Below are positions 7,930 to 18,620 of a stretch of DNA of 36,338 nucleotides, in pieces. The stretch's first letter is position 1, and every line of letters begins with the position of its first letter. The stretch covers positions 1-36,338 of the forward strand of contig JAZGIX010000173.1 in the NCBI GenBank assembly GCA_036482315.1, written 5' to 3'. Origin of the DNA: Acidimicrobiia bacterium. GTDB lineage: Bacteria; Actinomycetota; Acidimicrobiia; Spongiisociales; UBA11373. The position numbers were made by a program, and so were the translations under genes. The notes beneath the pieces are model-generated. The model was not told where the DNA came from, made no database searches, and worked only from the letters and a program-made list of their open reading frames with translations.

Positions 7930-8972
7930 TCGCGATGCTGGCGGCCGCAGCCGCCGCCTTCATGGTGACGATCACCCTCACGCCCCTGGCCATCCGTTTC
8001 CTGAGCGATCGGTCGATCGGCCAATTCATTCAGGACGAGGTCGACCACGACCACAAGCGGGGGACACCGACGATGGGTGGGCTGGTCATCATCGTCGGGG
8101 TTCTCGCCGGGTGGTTGTTCGGCCACTTCGATGCGCGCAGCCCCGCGGGAGCCTGGCAGCTGGGATTCCGCGAGTTCCAGGTCCCCGGGTTGCTGGTGCT
8201 GCTGGCCTTTGTAGGGATGGGCTTCATTGGATTCCTCGATGACCTTTCCAAGCTGACGAAGGCTCGCAACCTCGGTCTCAACAAGCGCTGGAAGCTTGCA
8301 GGACAGGTGGCGATCGCCTCGATGTTTGCGTGGGGATCGATCGGGTATGGCGTCGAGACCGAGTTGTCGTTCACCCGTCCACTCGGATTCGATTTGGGTG
8401 GCTTCTACGTCTTCTGGGTGTTGATCATGCTCGTGGCGACAGCAAACGCGGTGAATCTTGCCGATGGCCTCGATGGACTCGCCTCGGGATCGGCCGGCCT
8501 GGTGTTCGGGGCGATCGTCATCATCTCCTTCTGGCAATTCAGGCACCCCGAGTTCTACGCCAATATTGGGGCGCTGGAGTTGGCCGTCATGAGTGCTGCT
8601 CTCACCGGGGCAACCTTGGGCTTCCTGTGGTGGAATGCTCCACCGGCTCGAATCTTCATGGGTGACACCGGGTCGCAGGCACTCGGTGGGGCGATGGCTG
8701 CGTTGGCTCTACTCACCAATACGCACCTGCTGCTCATCGTGCTCGGCGGCCTGTACGTGATGGAGACCGTTTCGGTCATCATCCAGGTCGCCTCCTTCCG
8801 CGGTTGGGGGAAACGAGTCTTCAAGATGGCTCCGATCCATCACCACTTTGAACTCAAGGGGTGGCCCGAGACGACGGTCATCGTGAGATTCTGGATTCTG
8901 GCGGGGCTCTTCGTAGCCCTCGGGCTGGGACTCTTCTATGGAGACTTCATCACCGGAGGGGGAGTCGGATGA
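7926..8972 (+). CDS. mraY: Phospho-N-acetylmuramoyl-pentapeptide transferase MraY
   Basis: GTGA overlap with murF. The protein is polytopic, with GFLDDLSK, NAVNLADGLDGLA and PIHHHFE motifs. Confidence 0.92.
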   Translation: MIAMLAAAAAAFMVTITLTPLAIRFLSDRSIGQFIQDEVDHDHKRGTPTMGGLVIIVGVLAGWLFGHFDARSPAGAWQLGFREFQVPGLLVLLAFVGMGFIGFLDDLSKLTKARNLGLNKRWKLAGQVAIASMFAWGSIGYGVETELSFTRPLGFDLGGFYVFWVLIMLVATANAVNLADGLDGLASGSAGLVFGAIVIISFWQFRHPEFYANIGALELAVMSAALTGATLGFLWWNAPPARIFMGDTGSQALGGAMAALALLTNTHLLLIVLGGLYVMETVSVIIQVASFRGWGKRVFKMAPIHHHFELKGWPETTVIVRFWILAGLFVALGLGLFYGDFITGGGVG

Positions 8973-10249
8973 CAGCTCTCGTCATCGGGCTGGCCGTGAG
9001 CGGTAGAGCGGCGTTCGAATCCCTGAGGAACCAGGGTGAGCGGGTGGTCGTATACGACCGGCGGCCCGAGGCCACGGAGGGAATCGACGCCGACGAGGTC
9101 TTTGCCGGCGACTGGGATCCCAGCTTTCTTCGGGGAATCGATCTCGTGGTTCCATCGCCCGGCGTGCCGGAAACATCGCAAGTCATGGCGGACGTTCTGT
9201 CGTCTGGTGTTCCGGTGTGGAGCGAATTGGAACTGGGCTATCGCGGTCTCGGCGGGGTTCCGGTTGCGGCAATCACCGGGACTAACGGCAAGACGACGGT
9301 CACAGAGTTGACTGCTGCGATGCTCGTCGAGTCGGGTGTCGACGCCGCTGCGGTCGGCAACATTGGTGATCCGATCACCGGCCGAGGCGTCGCCGACCAC
9401 GATGTTCTGGTGGTTGAAGCCTCGTCCTTCCAGTTGCGCTTTATCGACAGCTTCCGACCCGTCGCCGCCGTGATCATCAACTTTGCTCCCGACCACCTCG
9501 ATTGGCACCCGGACGTGGCGGCCTATGGAGCCGCCAAGAGTCGAATCTTCGAGCACATGGAAGAGGACGATCGTCTGGTCTTCGATGCAGCAGATCCCGG
9601 CGCAGCCGGGCTGGTGGCGTCGGCGCGGGCGGGGCGGGTCGGTGTGACGGGGCGCGAGCGCCAGGGCGATTCGGGTCCCGAGGGGTCGATCATGTACCTG
9701 GCCGGTGCCGCGGTGTCTCTCACTGATCTCAAGCGTACGGACTCGGTGATGCTGGTCGACCTGGCAGCCGCCGCCGAGACGGCTCGAGCCATGGGGGCGA
9801 CGACCGATGGAATTGTCACGGCGGCCGTGGCCTACCAACCGGGGAGACACCGACGCGAGCTGGTGGCACAAATCGGCGGGGTGACGTTCATCGACGACTC
9901 GAAGGCTACGAACCCGCATGCTGCTCTGGCGGCGATCGGCGCGTATTCGTCGGTCGTCCTGATCGCCGGCGGCCGGGCGAAAGGACTCGACATTCGTCCG
10001 CTGGCGAGAGCGGAGTCGGTCAGAGGTCTGGTCGCCATCGGCGAGAGCGCCGATGAGCTTTTGTCGGAGCGGCGGGATGCGGTCGGTGCCGCGACCATGG
10101 GCGAGGCAGTCGACCGAGCGATCTCCCTCTCGGATCCGGGAGACGTCGTCCTGTTGGCGCCTGGTTGTGCCAGCTTTGACATGTTTGACTCTTACGGCCA
10201 TCGCGGGGACATCTTCGCGGCTGCGGTTCGAGAGAAGGTGGGTGCCTGA
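8969..10249 (+). CDS. murD: UDP-N-acetylmuramoylalanine--D-glutamate ligase MurD
   Basis: ORF 8861..10249. The ATG at 8969 overlaps the mraY stop (ATGA). The N-terminus MTALVIGLAVSG is Rossmann-like, and the P-loop is ITGTNGKTTVTE. DDSKATN is also present. Confidence 0.9.
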   Translation: MTALVIGLAVSGRAAFESLRNQGERVVVYDRRPEATEGIDADEVFAGDWDPSFLRGIDLVVPSPGVPETSQVMADVLSSGVPVWSELELGYRGLGGVPVAAITGTNGKTTVTELTAAMLVESGVDAAAVGNIGDPITGRGVADHDVLVVEASSFQLRFIDSFRPVAAVIINFAPDHLDWHPDVAAYGAAKSRIFEHMEEDDRLVFDAADPGAAGLVASARAGRVGVTGRERQGDSGPEGSIMYLAGAAVSLTDLKRTDSVMLVDLAAAAETARAMGATTDGIVTAAVAYQPGRHRRELVAQIGGVTFIDDSKATNPHAALAAIGAYSSVVLIAGGRAKGLDIRPLARAESVRGLVAIGESADELLSERRDAVGAATMGEAVDRAISLSDPGDVVLLAPGCASFDMFDSYGHRGDIFAAAVREKVGA

Positions 10250-11421
10250 TGGCGAGCCGTGTCATGGCGATGCCGATAAACCGGACTGCGGTGCGAGAAG
10301 CACATCGTCGGGCCAGAAGCCACTCCAGGGCGATCGGATTCCTCCTGGTACCGGTCGGGTTGTTGCTGGTTGTGGGCCTCGGCTCCATTCTCTCGGCGTC
10401 GTCCGTGCTCGGGCTGCGTGAGACCGGCGACGGCCTCTTCTACTTCAAGCGGCAGATCGCCTGGCTCGGGCTGGGACTCGCCAGCTTGATCATTGCGGCA
10501 GTGATTCCGCTGCGGTGGTGGCGGAAGATGGCGTTTCCCCTCTTCGTGGCCACGGTCGGTCTGCTTCTGGCCGTCCTGTTGGTAGGCGTACGCTCGAACG
10601 GAGCACAGCGGTGGCTCCAAATTGGACCGATCACCATCCAGCCGTCCGAGATCGCCAAGCTGACCACGATTCTGTTCCTGGCGACCATCGTTTCGCGTCG
10701 AGAGAACTCCATGAACAGGATCCGGGATTTCTTCTGGCCCGTCGCCGGATCGGTCGGGGTCGTCGCCTCTCTGGTGATCCTCCAGCCCGACCTGGGCACC
10801 ACTTTGCTCGTGGCGGCCGGCGCGTTTGGCGTGCTCGTCGCCAGTGCCGCCCCGTTCCCCTACATCTTCGCCAGCGCCCTTCTGGGTGGCGGCGCCGCAG
10901 TGATGGCGGCACTCGTGTCGCCCTACCGGTGGGCTCGCGTAACCGCATTCCTCGATCTTCAGTCGGATCCGCTCGGGTCTTCGTATCAGGCGGTCCAGAG
11001 TCTGGTCGCCCTTGGGACTGGTGGGCTGTGGGGCGTCGGCTTGGGAGCCAGTCGGGCGCGGTGGTCTTTCCTGCCGAATGCACACACCGATTTCGTGTTC
11101 TCGATCCTCGGGGAGGAGACCGGTCTGGCAGGATCGCTGGCCGTCGTATTCCTATTCGTGATTCTGACCGTCGCCGGAACCGTTATCGCTCACCGCGCCG
11201 CCGATCGGTTCGGGCGTCTTCTCGCGATCGGAATCACGACCTGGATCGCCACTCAGGCGATCGTCAACATTGGAGGGGTAACCGGCATTCTGCCGATCAC
11301 CGGGGTCCCGCTTCCATTCGTCTCGTTCGGCGGCACTGCGCTGGTCATGTCGATGATCGGAGTCGGTGTCTTGGTGAGCATCGCCAGGCACCAGCCGAAC
11401 ATCGCGGTCACTGCAAGGTGA
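10249..11421 (+). CDS. ftsW: SEDS-family peptidoglycan glycosyltransferase FtsW
   Basis: The ATG overlaps the murD stop (TGATG). The protein has about 10 TM helices and the motifs QPSEIAKL and LPNAHTDFVFSILGEETG, and it lies between murD and murG. Alternative in-frame ATGs 5 and 7 codons downstream cannot be excluded. Confidence 0.88.
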   Translation: MASRVMAMPINRTAVREAHRRARSHSRAIGFLLVPVGLLLVVGLGSILSASSVLGLRETGDGLFYFKRQIAWLGLGLASLIIAAVIPLRWWRKMAFPLFVATVGLLLAVLLVGVRSNGAQRWLQIGPITIQPSEIAKLTTILFLATIVSRRENSMNRIRDFFWPVAGSVGVVASLVILQPDLGTTLLVAAGAFGVLVASAAPFPYIFASALLGGGAAVMAALVSPYRWARVTAFLDLQSDPLGSSYQAVQSLVALGTGGLWGVGLGASRARWSFLPNAHTDFVFSILGEETGLAGSLAVVFLFVILTVAGTVIAHRAADRFGRLLAIGITTWIATQAIVNIGGVTGILPITGVPLPFVSFGGTALVMSMIGVGVLVSIARHQPNIAVTAR

Positions 11422-12494
11422 CGTACGTCATTGCCGCTGCCGGGACCGGCGGTCACGTCAATCCGGCGCTGGCGGTAGCCGAAGCGCTCACGGAGCGCGG
11501 TGTTGATCGTGGCAACATTCTCTTTATCGGAGGAGAGCGCTTCGAGGCCGAGGCTGTACCCCGCGCCGGGTACCCCTTCGTCGGATTCGAATTGACGCGG
11601 TTGCGCCGGTCGCTGTCTCCGGCGAATCTCAGGATCCCGGCCGTTCTGAGGCGAACTTCATCCACCATGGCACATGAGATCCGCCGGGCCGGTGGTCGCG
11701 TGGTGCTCGGCATGTCGGGTTACGTCACCGTGCCTGCTGCAATGGCGGCGCGGCGCGCCGGCCTTCCATTTGTGTTGCACGAGCAGAATGCCCATCCGGG
11801 GATTGCCGCTCGCTTTGCGGCCAAGAGGGCGATCAAGACATTCCTCGGACTGCCCGGCAAGGCAGAGGATCTTCCCCGCTCGCAACTGGTCGGAAACCCA
11901 CTGCGCAGCCAAATCGCTGCCTTCGATCGTCGTGCCCTCCGTGATGAGGCGCGGCGCAACTACGGAGTCGAAGGCTCATCGCCGGTACTCGGAGTGTTGG
12001 GCGGTTCCCAGGGCGCCCGAGTGCTGAACGAAGCCGTTGAGAGAATTGCCGAATCGACCGGCGGTATCGGGTCGATCATTCACCTGACGGGGACCGCGGC
12101 GTTCGAGGAGACGAAGCGCCGATCCGGATCGACGTCGCTACCGTGGGTTTGCCTCCCCTACGAGCCTCGGATGGAACTCTTCTACGCAGCAGCGGATCTG
12201 ATCTTGTGCCGGGCCGGCGCTATGACCGTGAGCGAATTGGCGGCCACGGCTTCGCCGTCCGTGCTCGTTCCATTGGCGAGGGTCGGCCAGGCGTACAACG
12301 CGCAAGCGCTGAGCAGCGTCGGTGGTGCCGAAGTCGTGGTCGAGGGGAACGTCGGCTCGCTTCCGGCAAAGATCGATGCCCTGGTTGCCAACGATCGAGG
12401 ACTGGCCGCGATGAGTCGAGCCGCGGGTTCGCATGCTCTTCCGAACGCGGCCCGGATCATTGCCGATCACCTGATCGAGGTGGCCAATGCCTGA
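11418..12494 (+). CDS. murG: Undecaprenyldiphospho-muramoylpentapeptide beta-N-acetylglucosaminyltransferase MurG
   Basis: ORF 10515..12494. The GTG at 11418 overlaps the ftsW stop (GTGA) and gives M-TYVIAAAGTGGHVNPALAVAEAL (MurG G-loop). HEQN and CRAGAMTVSEL are present. The upstream 300 codons of the ORF are an out-of-frame read-through of ftsW. Confidence 0.9.
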   Translation: MTYVIAAAGTGGHVNPALAVAEALTERGVDRGNILFIGGERFEAEAVPRAGYPFVGFELTRLRRSLSPANLRIPAVLRRTSSTMAHEIRRAGGRVVLGMSGYVTVPAAMAARRAGLPFVLHEQNAHPGIAARFAAKRAIKTFLGLPGKAEDLPRSQLVGNPLRSQIAAFDRRALRDEARRNYGVEGSSPVLGVLGGSQGARVLNEAVERIAESTGGIGSIIHLTGTAAFEETKRRSGSTSLPWVCLPYEPRMELFYAAADLILCRAGAMTVSELAATASPSVLVPLARVGQAYNAQALSSVGGAEVVVEGNVGSLPAKIDALVANDRGLAAMSRAAGSHALPNAARIIADHLIEVANA

Positions 12495-13842
12495 TCTGGT
12501 GCCTTACCGACGCGTCCATGTGATCGGAGCCGGAGGATCGGGAATGTCGGGCCTGGCCAAGTTGCTCGTTCAGTGTGGCCATCACGTCACGGGTTCCGAT
12601 CTCAAGCCGGGCACGATGCTGGCCTCGCTCGAGCGAGCAGGTGCCGACACCTGGGTAGGGCACCGGCCCGATGTCGTGGTCAAAGCCGATCTGATCGTGG
12701 CATCGTCGGCCGTCCCGGATCGAGATCCTGAGATCGTCGCCGCTCGTGAGGCCGGTATCGAAGTCTGGGAGCGTCCCCGGCTGTTGGCGGCGATCACAGA
12801 CCGCCTCGGCACGATTGGCGTGACCGGAACCCATGGCAAGACGACGGGCACCGCGATGGCGGTGACCGCGCTGCGATCACTCGGCCGAGACCCGAGCTTC
12901 ATGGTCGGCGGCCGTCTAATCGACCTCAACACGAATTCCCACCTCGGCGAGGAGGAACTCTTCGTCCTGGAAGCGGATGAGGCATTCGGCACCTTTCTCT
13001 CCCTGGAAATGGACGCCCTCCTGGTAACCAATATCGAGGCAGACCATCTCGATTACTACGGCACCGTCGATCAGATGGAGGCCGCATTCGCCAAAGTGGC
13101 CGCAGGTGTGAGCGGCCCGGTTGTGGGATGTCTCGACGACGCTGGTGTGCGCAGATTGGCAGCGGTCACGGACGGCCTCGTCGGATACGGACTCGCCGAG
13201 GATGCCGGGTGGCGTATCTCGGGCCTCGAGCACCGGGATGGCGGCGTCGGTTTCGTCTTGGCCGGGGCCGCCGAGGTGGACGTTTGGATCCCCCAACCTG
13301 GGCACCACACGGCTCGCAATGCGGCCGGAGTCATCGCGCTCCTCGCAGAATCGGGTTTCGACCCGCAGGGCGTGGCAGATGGGCTCCGAAACTTCTCGGG
13401 GGTGCGACGACGTTTCGAGGTCAGGTCTAGACGGGGCGGGATAACTCTGGTGGATGACTACGCCCACCACCCGACTGAGGTAGCGGCCACCTTGGATGCA
13501 GCCAGGCTCGGTCACACCGGCCGAATCGTCGCGGTGTTCCAGCCCCACCGATTCACCAGGACCCGCGAGCACGGGACGGCGATCGGCACCGCTCTGTCGA
13601 TGGCCGACCGGGTGTTTGTCACAGGCGTCTACGCCGCAGGTGAGGTTCCAATCGCCGGAGTCTCGGGGCGGTCGGTGGCCGATGCGGTTTCGGGTCCGGC
13701 CACTTCGTATGTCCCGAGGCGGGTTGACCTGGCTGCCTCGTTGGCCGCTGCGATCGAGCCGGGAGATCTCGTGCTGTTGCTGGGAGCAGGCGATATCACG
13801 CAGGTTGCCGACGAGTTGACCCGTCTGCTCCCGGAAGCCTGA
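12487..13842 (+). CDS. murC: UDP-N-acetylmuramate--L-alanine ligase MurC
   Basis: The ATG overlaps the end of murG by 8 nt. Motifs HVIGAGGSGMSGLA, GVTGTHGKTTGTA and DDYAHHPTE are present. Confidence 0.92.
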   Translation: MPDLVPYRRVHVIGAGGSGMSGLAKLLVQCGHHVTGSDLKPGTMLASLERAGADTWVGHRPDVVVKADLIVASSAVPDRDPEIVAAREAGIEVWERPRLLAAITDRLGTIGVTGTHGKTTGTAMAVTALRSLGRDPSFMVGGRLIDLNTNSHLGEEELFVLEADEAFGTFLSLEMDALLVTNIEADHLDYYGTVDQMEAAFAKVAAGVSGPVVGCLDDAGVRRLAAVTDGLVGYGLAEDAGWRISGLEHRDGGVGFVLAGAAEVDVWIPQPGHHTARNAAGVIALLAESGFDPQGVADGLRNFSGVRRRFEVRSRRGGITLVDDYAHHPTEVAATLDAARLGHTGRIVAVFQPHRFTRTREHGTAIGTALSMADRVFVTGVYAAGEVPIAGVSGRSVADAVSGPATSYVPRRVDLAASLAAAIEPGDLVLLLGAGDITQVADELTRLLPEA

Positions 13843-14738
13843 TGAGCGGATTGCGGCGACTGCGGGCCGCCGGGCGGCTTGGAGAAGACGTTGCCCTGGG
13901 GCCGCTGACCACCTACCGGTTCGGGGGTCCAGCGCGCTATCTGGTGACGATCGACGGCGAGCAGGATCTGCAGGACGCTTTCGAGATCGCCACCGACGAG
14001 GGACTGCCGGTGCTACCTCTGGGGCGGGGCAGCAACATCGTGGTTGCCGACGCCGGATTCCCAGGAGTGGTGCTTCGGGCGGGTCAGGGACTGAGCCATC
14101 GATCGATAGGCGAGGAAACCGTGGCCGGGGCTGCGGTACCGCTGCCACTGTTGGCGCGCGACGCGGCTCGAAAGGGTCGAGGCGGACTCGAGTTCTACAC
14201 CGGGATTCCCGGCTCGGTCGGAGGAGCGATCCGGATGAATGCCGGGTGTCACGGCACCGAGACCAGCGATGTCCTCATTTCCGTCCGAGTCTTCAACCTC
14301 GAAACTTCGACCGTCGGCGATAGGACGGGTACCGATCTCCAACTGGCATACCGTCATTCGAACCTGGGCGACTCCGACTTCGTGATCGAGGCGCGATTTG
14401 CGACCGTTGAACGACCAGTCGCCGAAGCAGAAGAGACGATTCGAGATATCGCTCGCTGGCGTCGTGAACATCAACCCGGCGGGACATTCAACGCCGGGAG
14501 CGTGTTCAAGAATCCGGAGGGTGAGGCGGCCGGACAGATCATCGATCGGCTGGGCCTCAAGGGCCTCGCGTCGGGAGCGGTCAGGGTGAGCGAGCGGCAC
14601 GCCAACTTCTTCGAGGCAGGAGACGGAGCGACGGCTCGAGACATGTACTCCCTGGTGGTCGAAGTGCAGCGCCGGGTGCGCGCTGAGACCGGAATCGATT
14701 TGGAGATCGAGATCCGCTTTGTTGGAGACTTCTCTTGA
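13842..14738 (+). CDS. murB: UDP-N-acetylenolpyruvoylglucosamine reductase MurB
   Basis: TGATG junction with murC. FAD-binding GRGSNIVV, plus YRHSN and GSVFKNP, in the dcw position. Confidence 0.9.
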   Translation: MSGLRRLRAAGRLGEDVALGPLTTYRFGGPARYLVTIDGEQDLQDAFEIATDEGLPVLPLGRGSNIVVADAGFPGVVLRAGQGLSHRSIGEETVAGAAVPLPLLARDAARKGRGGLEFYTGIPGSVGGAIRMNAGCHGTETSDVLISVRVFNLETSTVGDRTGTDLQLAYRHSNLGDSDFVIEARFATVERPVAEAEETIRDIARWRREHQPGGTFNAGSVFKNPEGEAAGQIIDRLGLKGLASGAVRVSERHANFFEAGDGATARDMYSLVVEVQRRVRAETGIDLEIEIRFVGDFS

Positions 14739-15487
14739 GCGGCGCCGCCGCCACGGGTCACCAGATCCGGAGACCGCGTCGCTGGCCGTTGGTCGTGATG
14801 ATCCTGTTTGCCGTCGGAGCAGTAGCCGTTGTGCACTCACCGCTGATGGAGGTGGACACTGTGGAGGTGCTGGGAGCTACCCGCTCTGACGTTCGGCAGA
14901 TCGTGGACGGCACCGGCGTAGGTCCGGGCGCCCTGCTCCTCTGGGTAAACGTAGGCGCGATCGAGGAGGCGGTGGCCGTCGACCCGTGGGTCGCCGATGT
15001 GCGAGTCGATCGGATCTGGCCCAACCGCGTCGTAGTCGAGGTCATAGAGCATCAGGCCGTGGCCTGGATCGAGGGTGTCCAGGGTTGGATGCTGGTTTCC
15101 CGGGACGGAACGGTTCTCGAGCGCGCTGAGGCGCCGGGGTCGGGGTTGTTGCTGGCCGAGCTTGCCTTCCCTGACCGTCTACCCGGTGACCGTCCGGTGG
15201 ATCCCGCTTGGCACGAGATCGTGGAGATGGCCCTGGTGCTCTCCGATGACATCGGGGGCACCCTCAGATTGGAGATGCGAGGAGCCGAGATGTGGACGGC
15301 TACTTTCGGGTACGAAGTCAGATTCGGACACCCGATCGATCTGGCCGATAAGGGACGAACCCTGCGAGCGATGCTCGCGGAAGAGATCCCTGACGGGGCG
15401 ATCATCGATGTGAGTTCACCGCTGCGGCCGGCCATCGTTCCGCTCGAATCTCAAGTAACGGTAGAGACTTCCTCAATCGAAGGGTGA
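14735..15487 (+). CDS. ftsQ: Cell division protein FtsQ/DivIB (POTRA domain)
   Basis: The TTG start at 14735 overlaps the murB stop, with GGAGA 6 nt upstream. The protein has a short basic N-terminus, one TM helix (WPLVVMILFAVGAVAVV) and then a POTRA-like segment (VDTVEVLGATRSDVRQIV...VDRIWPNRVVVEV). It lies immediately upstream of ftsZ. Confidence 0.8.
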   Translation: MSGAAATGHQIRRPRRWPLVVMILFAVGAVAVVHSPLMEVDTVEVLGATRSDVRQIVDGTGVGPGALLLWVNVGAIEEAVAVDPWVADVRVDRIWPNRVVVEVIEHQAVAWIEGVQGWMLVSRDGTVLERAEAPGSGLLLAELAFPDRLPGDRPVDPAWHEIVEMALVLSDDIGGTLRLEMRGAEMWTATFGYEVRFGHPIDLADKGRTLRAMLAEEIPDGAIIDVSSPLRPAIVPLESQVTVETSSIEG

Positions 15488-15578
15488 TGCTCGCCACGAG
15501 GGTCGCTATTGTTGAGCCAACGCTTCCGGGAGCCGGTTGGACGCGGGCGCCGAAGCGAAGAGATGAGGAGTTGATCGG

Positions 15579-16682
15579 ATGATGACCTCGGGTCCCGGTC
15601 TGCAGAGCTACCTCGCCGTCATCAAAGTGGTCGGTGTAGGCGGCGGGGGTGTCAACGCTGTAAACCGGATGATCGATTCCGGCCTACGCGGCGTCGAATT
15701 CGTCGCGATCAACACCGATGCTCAAGCCCTGCTGATGTCGGACGCCGACATCAAGCTCGACATCGGGCGTGATCTCACCAGGGGCCTGGGAGCGGGCGCC
15801 GATCCCGAAGTCGGACGTGCCGCGGCCGAAGCGCATCGCGACGAGATAGAGGATGCCCTCCGGGGAGCCGACATGGTCTTCATTACGGCGGGCGAGGGCG
15901 GCGGCACCGGCACTGGGGGCGCTCCGATCGTGGCCGAGATCTCGCGCAGCCTGGGAGCTCTCACCGTCGCCGTTGTGACCCGTCCGTTCGGGTTCGAGGG
16001 GCGTCGTCGATCGGTTCAAGCGGAGCAGGGCATCCAGGCCATCCGAGCATCGGTAGACACGCTCATCGTGATCCCCAACCAGAGGCTGCTCGAGCTCTCG
16101 GATCAGAACCTGCCCATCGTCGATGCCTTCAGATTGGCCGATGACATTCTCTTGCAGGGCGTCGGCGGCATCACCGACCTCATAACCACTCCCGGGCTGA
16201 TCAATGTGGACTTCGCAGACGTCAAGTCGGTCATGTGGGGCGCAGGGAATGCGGTGATGGGTATCGGCTCGGCACGTGGTGACGACCGAGCGATCCAGGC
16301 AGCGGAACGGGCTATTTCGAGCCCGATGCTGGAGATGTCGGTGCAGGGTGCTCGCGGGGTTCTTCTGTCGATCGCCGGATCGTCAGAAATGAGCCTGCAC
16401 GAGGTGAACGCCGCCGCGACCACCATCGCCGACCATTGTGATCCGGATGCCAACATCATTTTTGGGGCGACGATTGATGACTCCTTGGGCGAGGAATTGC
16501 GGGTGACGGTGATCGCCGCAGGATTCGGTGGAGGCACCGACCGACCCCGTATCCAGACGCCGACGACTGACATCGGAAGTGGGCCACCGAAGCCTGACCG
16601 TCCCGAACGATCGCCTGAGGACGGCGAGCCGTCCGGAGGCGACCCGTTGGACATTGATATCCCCGACTTCCTCCGGGGATGA
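15579..16682 (+). CDS. ftsZ: Cell division GTPase FtsZ
   Basis: AGGAG lies 8 nt upstream of the ATG. The tubulin signature [17 protein letters not shown] and the C-terminal peptide [10 protein letters not shown] are all present. Confidence 0.97.
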   Translation: MMTSGPGLQSYLAVIKVVGVGGGGVNAVNRMIDSGLRGVEFVAINTDAQALLMSDADIKLDIGRDLTRGLGAGADPEVGRAAAEAHRDEIEDALRGADMVFITAGEGGGTGTGGAPIVAEISRSLGALTVAVVTRPFGFEGRRRSVQAEQGIQAIRASVDTLIVIPNQRLLELSDQNLPIVDAFRLADDILLQGVGGITDLITTPGLINVDFADVKSVMWGAGNAVMGIGSARGDDRAIQAAERAISSPMLEMSVQGARGVLLSIAGSSEMSLHEVNAAATTIADHCDPDANIIFGATIDDSLGEELRVTVIAAGFGGGTDRPRIQTPTTDIGSGPPKPDRPERSPEDGEPSGGDPLDIDIPDFLRG

Positions 16683-17308
16683 TCCGACCCGACGGTCTCT
16701 CCGGCGTCGCCTTCGGGACGTCAACCGACGGCGACCCCCGCCTTGATGACGCTGCCCGGATCTCCACATCCGAGATACTCGAGATCGCGGCGGACTGGGC
16801 ATGGGTCCGTCAGGTCCATGGCTCCGAGGTCGTCGCTCCCACCGGACCCGGGATCGGACCGGAGGCAGATGCTTTGATTACGACCGATCCCAGCCTGCCG
16901 ATCGCGGTGTCCGTAGCCGACTGCCTTCCGGTGGCTCTGCTTGCCGACGGCGCGGTGGGACTGGCCCATGCGGGCTGGCGAGGTGCCGCCGCGGGTGTCG
17001 TTTCGTCGACCATCACCGCCCTGACCGACCGGGGCCATCCCCCGCACACGGTCGTGATCGGACCCGGGATCGGCCCGTGCTGTTTTGAGGTCGGCGATGA
17101 GGTGGCGGATCGTTTTCCGAACAGCCGTGCTCGCACTCGGTGGGGGACCGGGAGTGTGGATCTGCCGGCGACGGTGGCGGCCGAGGCCGCAGGTCTTGTC
17201 GTCCACTTCGTCTCGTCCTGCACCTACCACGACGAACGGTTCCACTCGTACCGTCGAGACGGCACCAGCTTGCGTCAGTTCGGAGTTGCATGGGTCACAG
17301 CGGACTGA
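16679..17308 (+). CDS. pgeF: Peptidoglycan editing factor PgeF / YfiH (DUF152, laccase-domain protein)
   Basis: ATGA overlap with ftsZ. Motifs [26 protein letters not shown] and CCFEVG are present, and the C-terminus reads FHSYRRDG. Confidence 0.85.
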   Translation: MIRPDGLSGVAFGTSTDGDPRLDDAARISTSEILEIAADWAWVRQVHGSEVVAPTGPGIGPEADALITTDPSLPIAVSVADCLPVALLADGAVGLAHAGWRGAAAGVVSSTITALTDRGHPPHTVVIGPGIGPCCFEVGDEVADRFPNSRARTRWGTGSVDLPATVAAEAAGLVVHFVSSCTYHDERFHSYRRDGTSLRQFGVAWVTAD

Positions 17309-17955
17309 TCGAGGTCGAGAAACGGATAGCGGCGGCGGCGGCAAGCGCCGGGCGTACCGACCCGATCACGCTTGTCGTCGTAGCCAAGTACGCCTCCGAC
17401 TCCCAGTTGGAGTCTGTGATCGCCGAGGGCGTCTGCGAGGTGGGAGAGAGCAGGGCGGACTCGCTGGTGAGCCGTACCTCGCGGTTCAGTGGGGTCTCGT
17501 GGCATTTCGTGGGTCGTCTCCAGGGAAACAAGGTCAGCTCCGTTCGAGATTCGGTGGACCTGCTCCACTCGATGGATCGGCTCGACCTGGCGGCCTATTG
17601 GTCCAAAGGCGAGGAGACCTCGCCGCCGGTGCTGGTGCAGGTGAATCTGGCGGCGGAGTCGCAGAAGGCAGGTGTTGCCCCCGAAGAGGTAGTGCCGATG
17701 ATCGAGGCCTGTGTCGTCGCGGGCATCGAAGTTCGAGGTCTGATGACGGTGCCGCCGCGGCCGGTGACCGGCGCTGATTCAGCTCGTTGGTTCGCCGAGT
17801 TGAGAGAGCTGCGAGACCGGGTAGCGCTCGACCATCCGAACGTGCGTGAGCTCTCGATGGGCATGACCGATGATTTCCCGATCGCCGTGGCAGAGGGTGC
17901 GACAATCTTGCGGGTCGGACGGGCTATCTTTGACCCGTTCCGCCAGGAAGGTTGA
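17290..17955 (+). CDS. yggS: YggS-family pyridoxal-phosphate homeostasis protein
   Basis: ORF 17140..17955. The ATG at 17290 overlaps pgeF by 19 nt. Matching segments are LVVVAKY (PLP lysine context), WHFVGRLQGNK, HSMD, RGLMTV, LSMGMTDDF and ILRVGRAIF. Confidence 0.85.
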   Translation: MGHSGLIEVEKRIAAAAASAGRTDPITLVVVAKYASDSQLESVIAEGVCEVGESRADSLVSRTSRFSGVSWHFVGRLQGNKVSSVRDSVDLLHSMDRLDLAAYWSKGEETSPPVLVQVNLAAESQKAGVAPEEVVPMIEACVVAGIEVRGLMTVPPRPVTGADSARWFAELRELRDRVALDHPNVRELSMGMTDDFPIAVAEGATILRVGRAIFDPFRQEG

Positions 17956-17962
17956 CCAACCT

Positions 17963-18613
17963 ATGGGGATGTGGCAGAAGACATTGTTTTATCTGGGTCT
18001 CGTCGATGAGGACGATCCAGGGTCCTACACCGCGCCCGGCGGGTACCCGCAGGAGCCGGCCCAGGGAAGACCCGTTCAACAGCAGCCCATGCAAGGGCGA
18101 CCCGACGTAGCGGTGCGTCGCAATCCACCGCGCCGGGTCGAGGCACAGCCGCGTGCCGAATCCGCCGTGCCGATCGGTGGCACCGGGGTAAAGGGCCGGC
18201 GTGTCGAGCCCCCGATGACCACCCGGGGACGAGTCCGCACCACCAGCGCCGATGGTGCCCTCGCCGAAGCGGGCGTCGTCATCCGGCCTCCCGATACTCC
18301 ATTGGTTCGCACTGTCTCAGATGGTGATCTCGAGTCAGAGGTCATCGTCGCAACGTCCTACTCGGATGCCCAGCTGCTCGCCGACCACATTCGTTCGACC
18401 ATCCCCGTAGTCCTCGACTTGCGGAAGGTCGAACCGGCGATGGTTCGCCGGTTGGTCGACTTTGCGAGCGGGCTCACATACGCGCTCGGTGGATCCATGC
18501 GCAAGATCGGACAGGGCGTGATCCTCGTCACGCCGCAAAATCTCAACCTGAGCCGTGACGAGCGTCGGCGGCTCAAGGAGCTCGGGTATTACCAGGCTTC
18601 GGAAGAGGGCTGA
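17963..18613 (+). CDS. sepF: Cell division protein SepF
   Basis: ORF 17870..18613. The ATG at 17963 gives MGMWQKTLFYLGLVDEDD, the canonical SepF membrane-targeting N-terminus. A Pro/Gln-rich linker follows, then the C-terminal domain (IVATSYSDAQLLADHIRSTIPVVLDL...LVDFASGLTYALGGSMRKIG). The ATG at 17969 is an alternative start. Confidence 0.88.
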   Translation: MGMWQKTLFYLGLVDEDDPGSYTAPGGYPQEPAQGRPVQQQPMQGRPDVAVRRNPPRRVEAQPRAESAVPIGGTGVKGRRVEPPMTTRGRVRTTSADGALAEAGVVIRPPDTPLVRTVSDGDLESEVIVATSYSDAQLLADHIRSTIPVVLDLRKVEPAMVRRLVDFASGLTYALGGSMRKIGQGVILVTPQNLNLSRDERRRLKELGYYQASEEG

Positions 18614-18620
18614 CCCGACT

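Noticed and set aside
12916-14148. 410-aa minus-strand ORF
   Set aside because: It is antisense to murC and murB, both motif-supported. The product is Arg/Pro-rich and has no recognisable domain.
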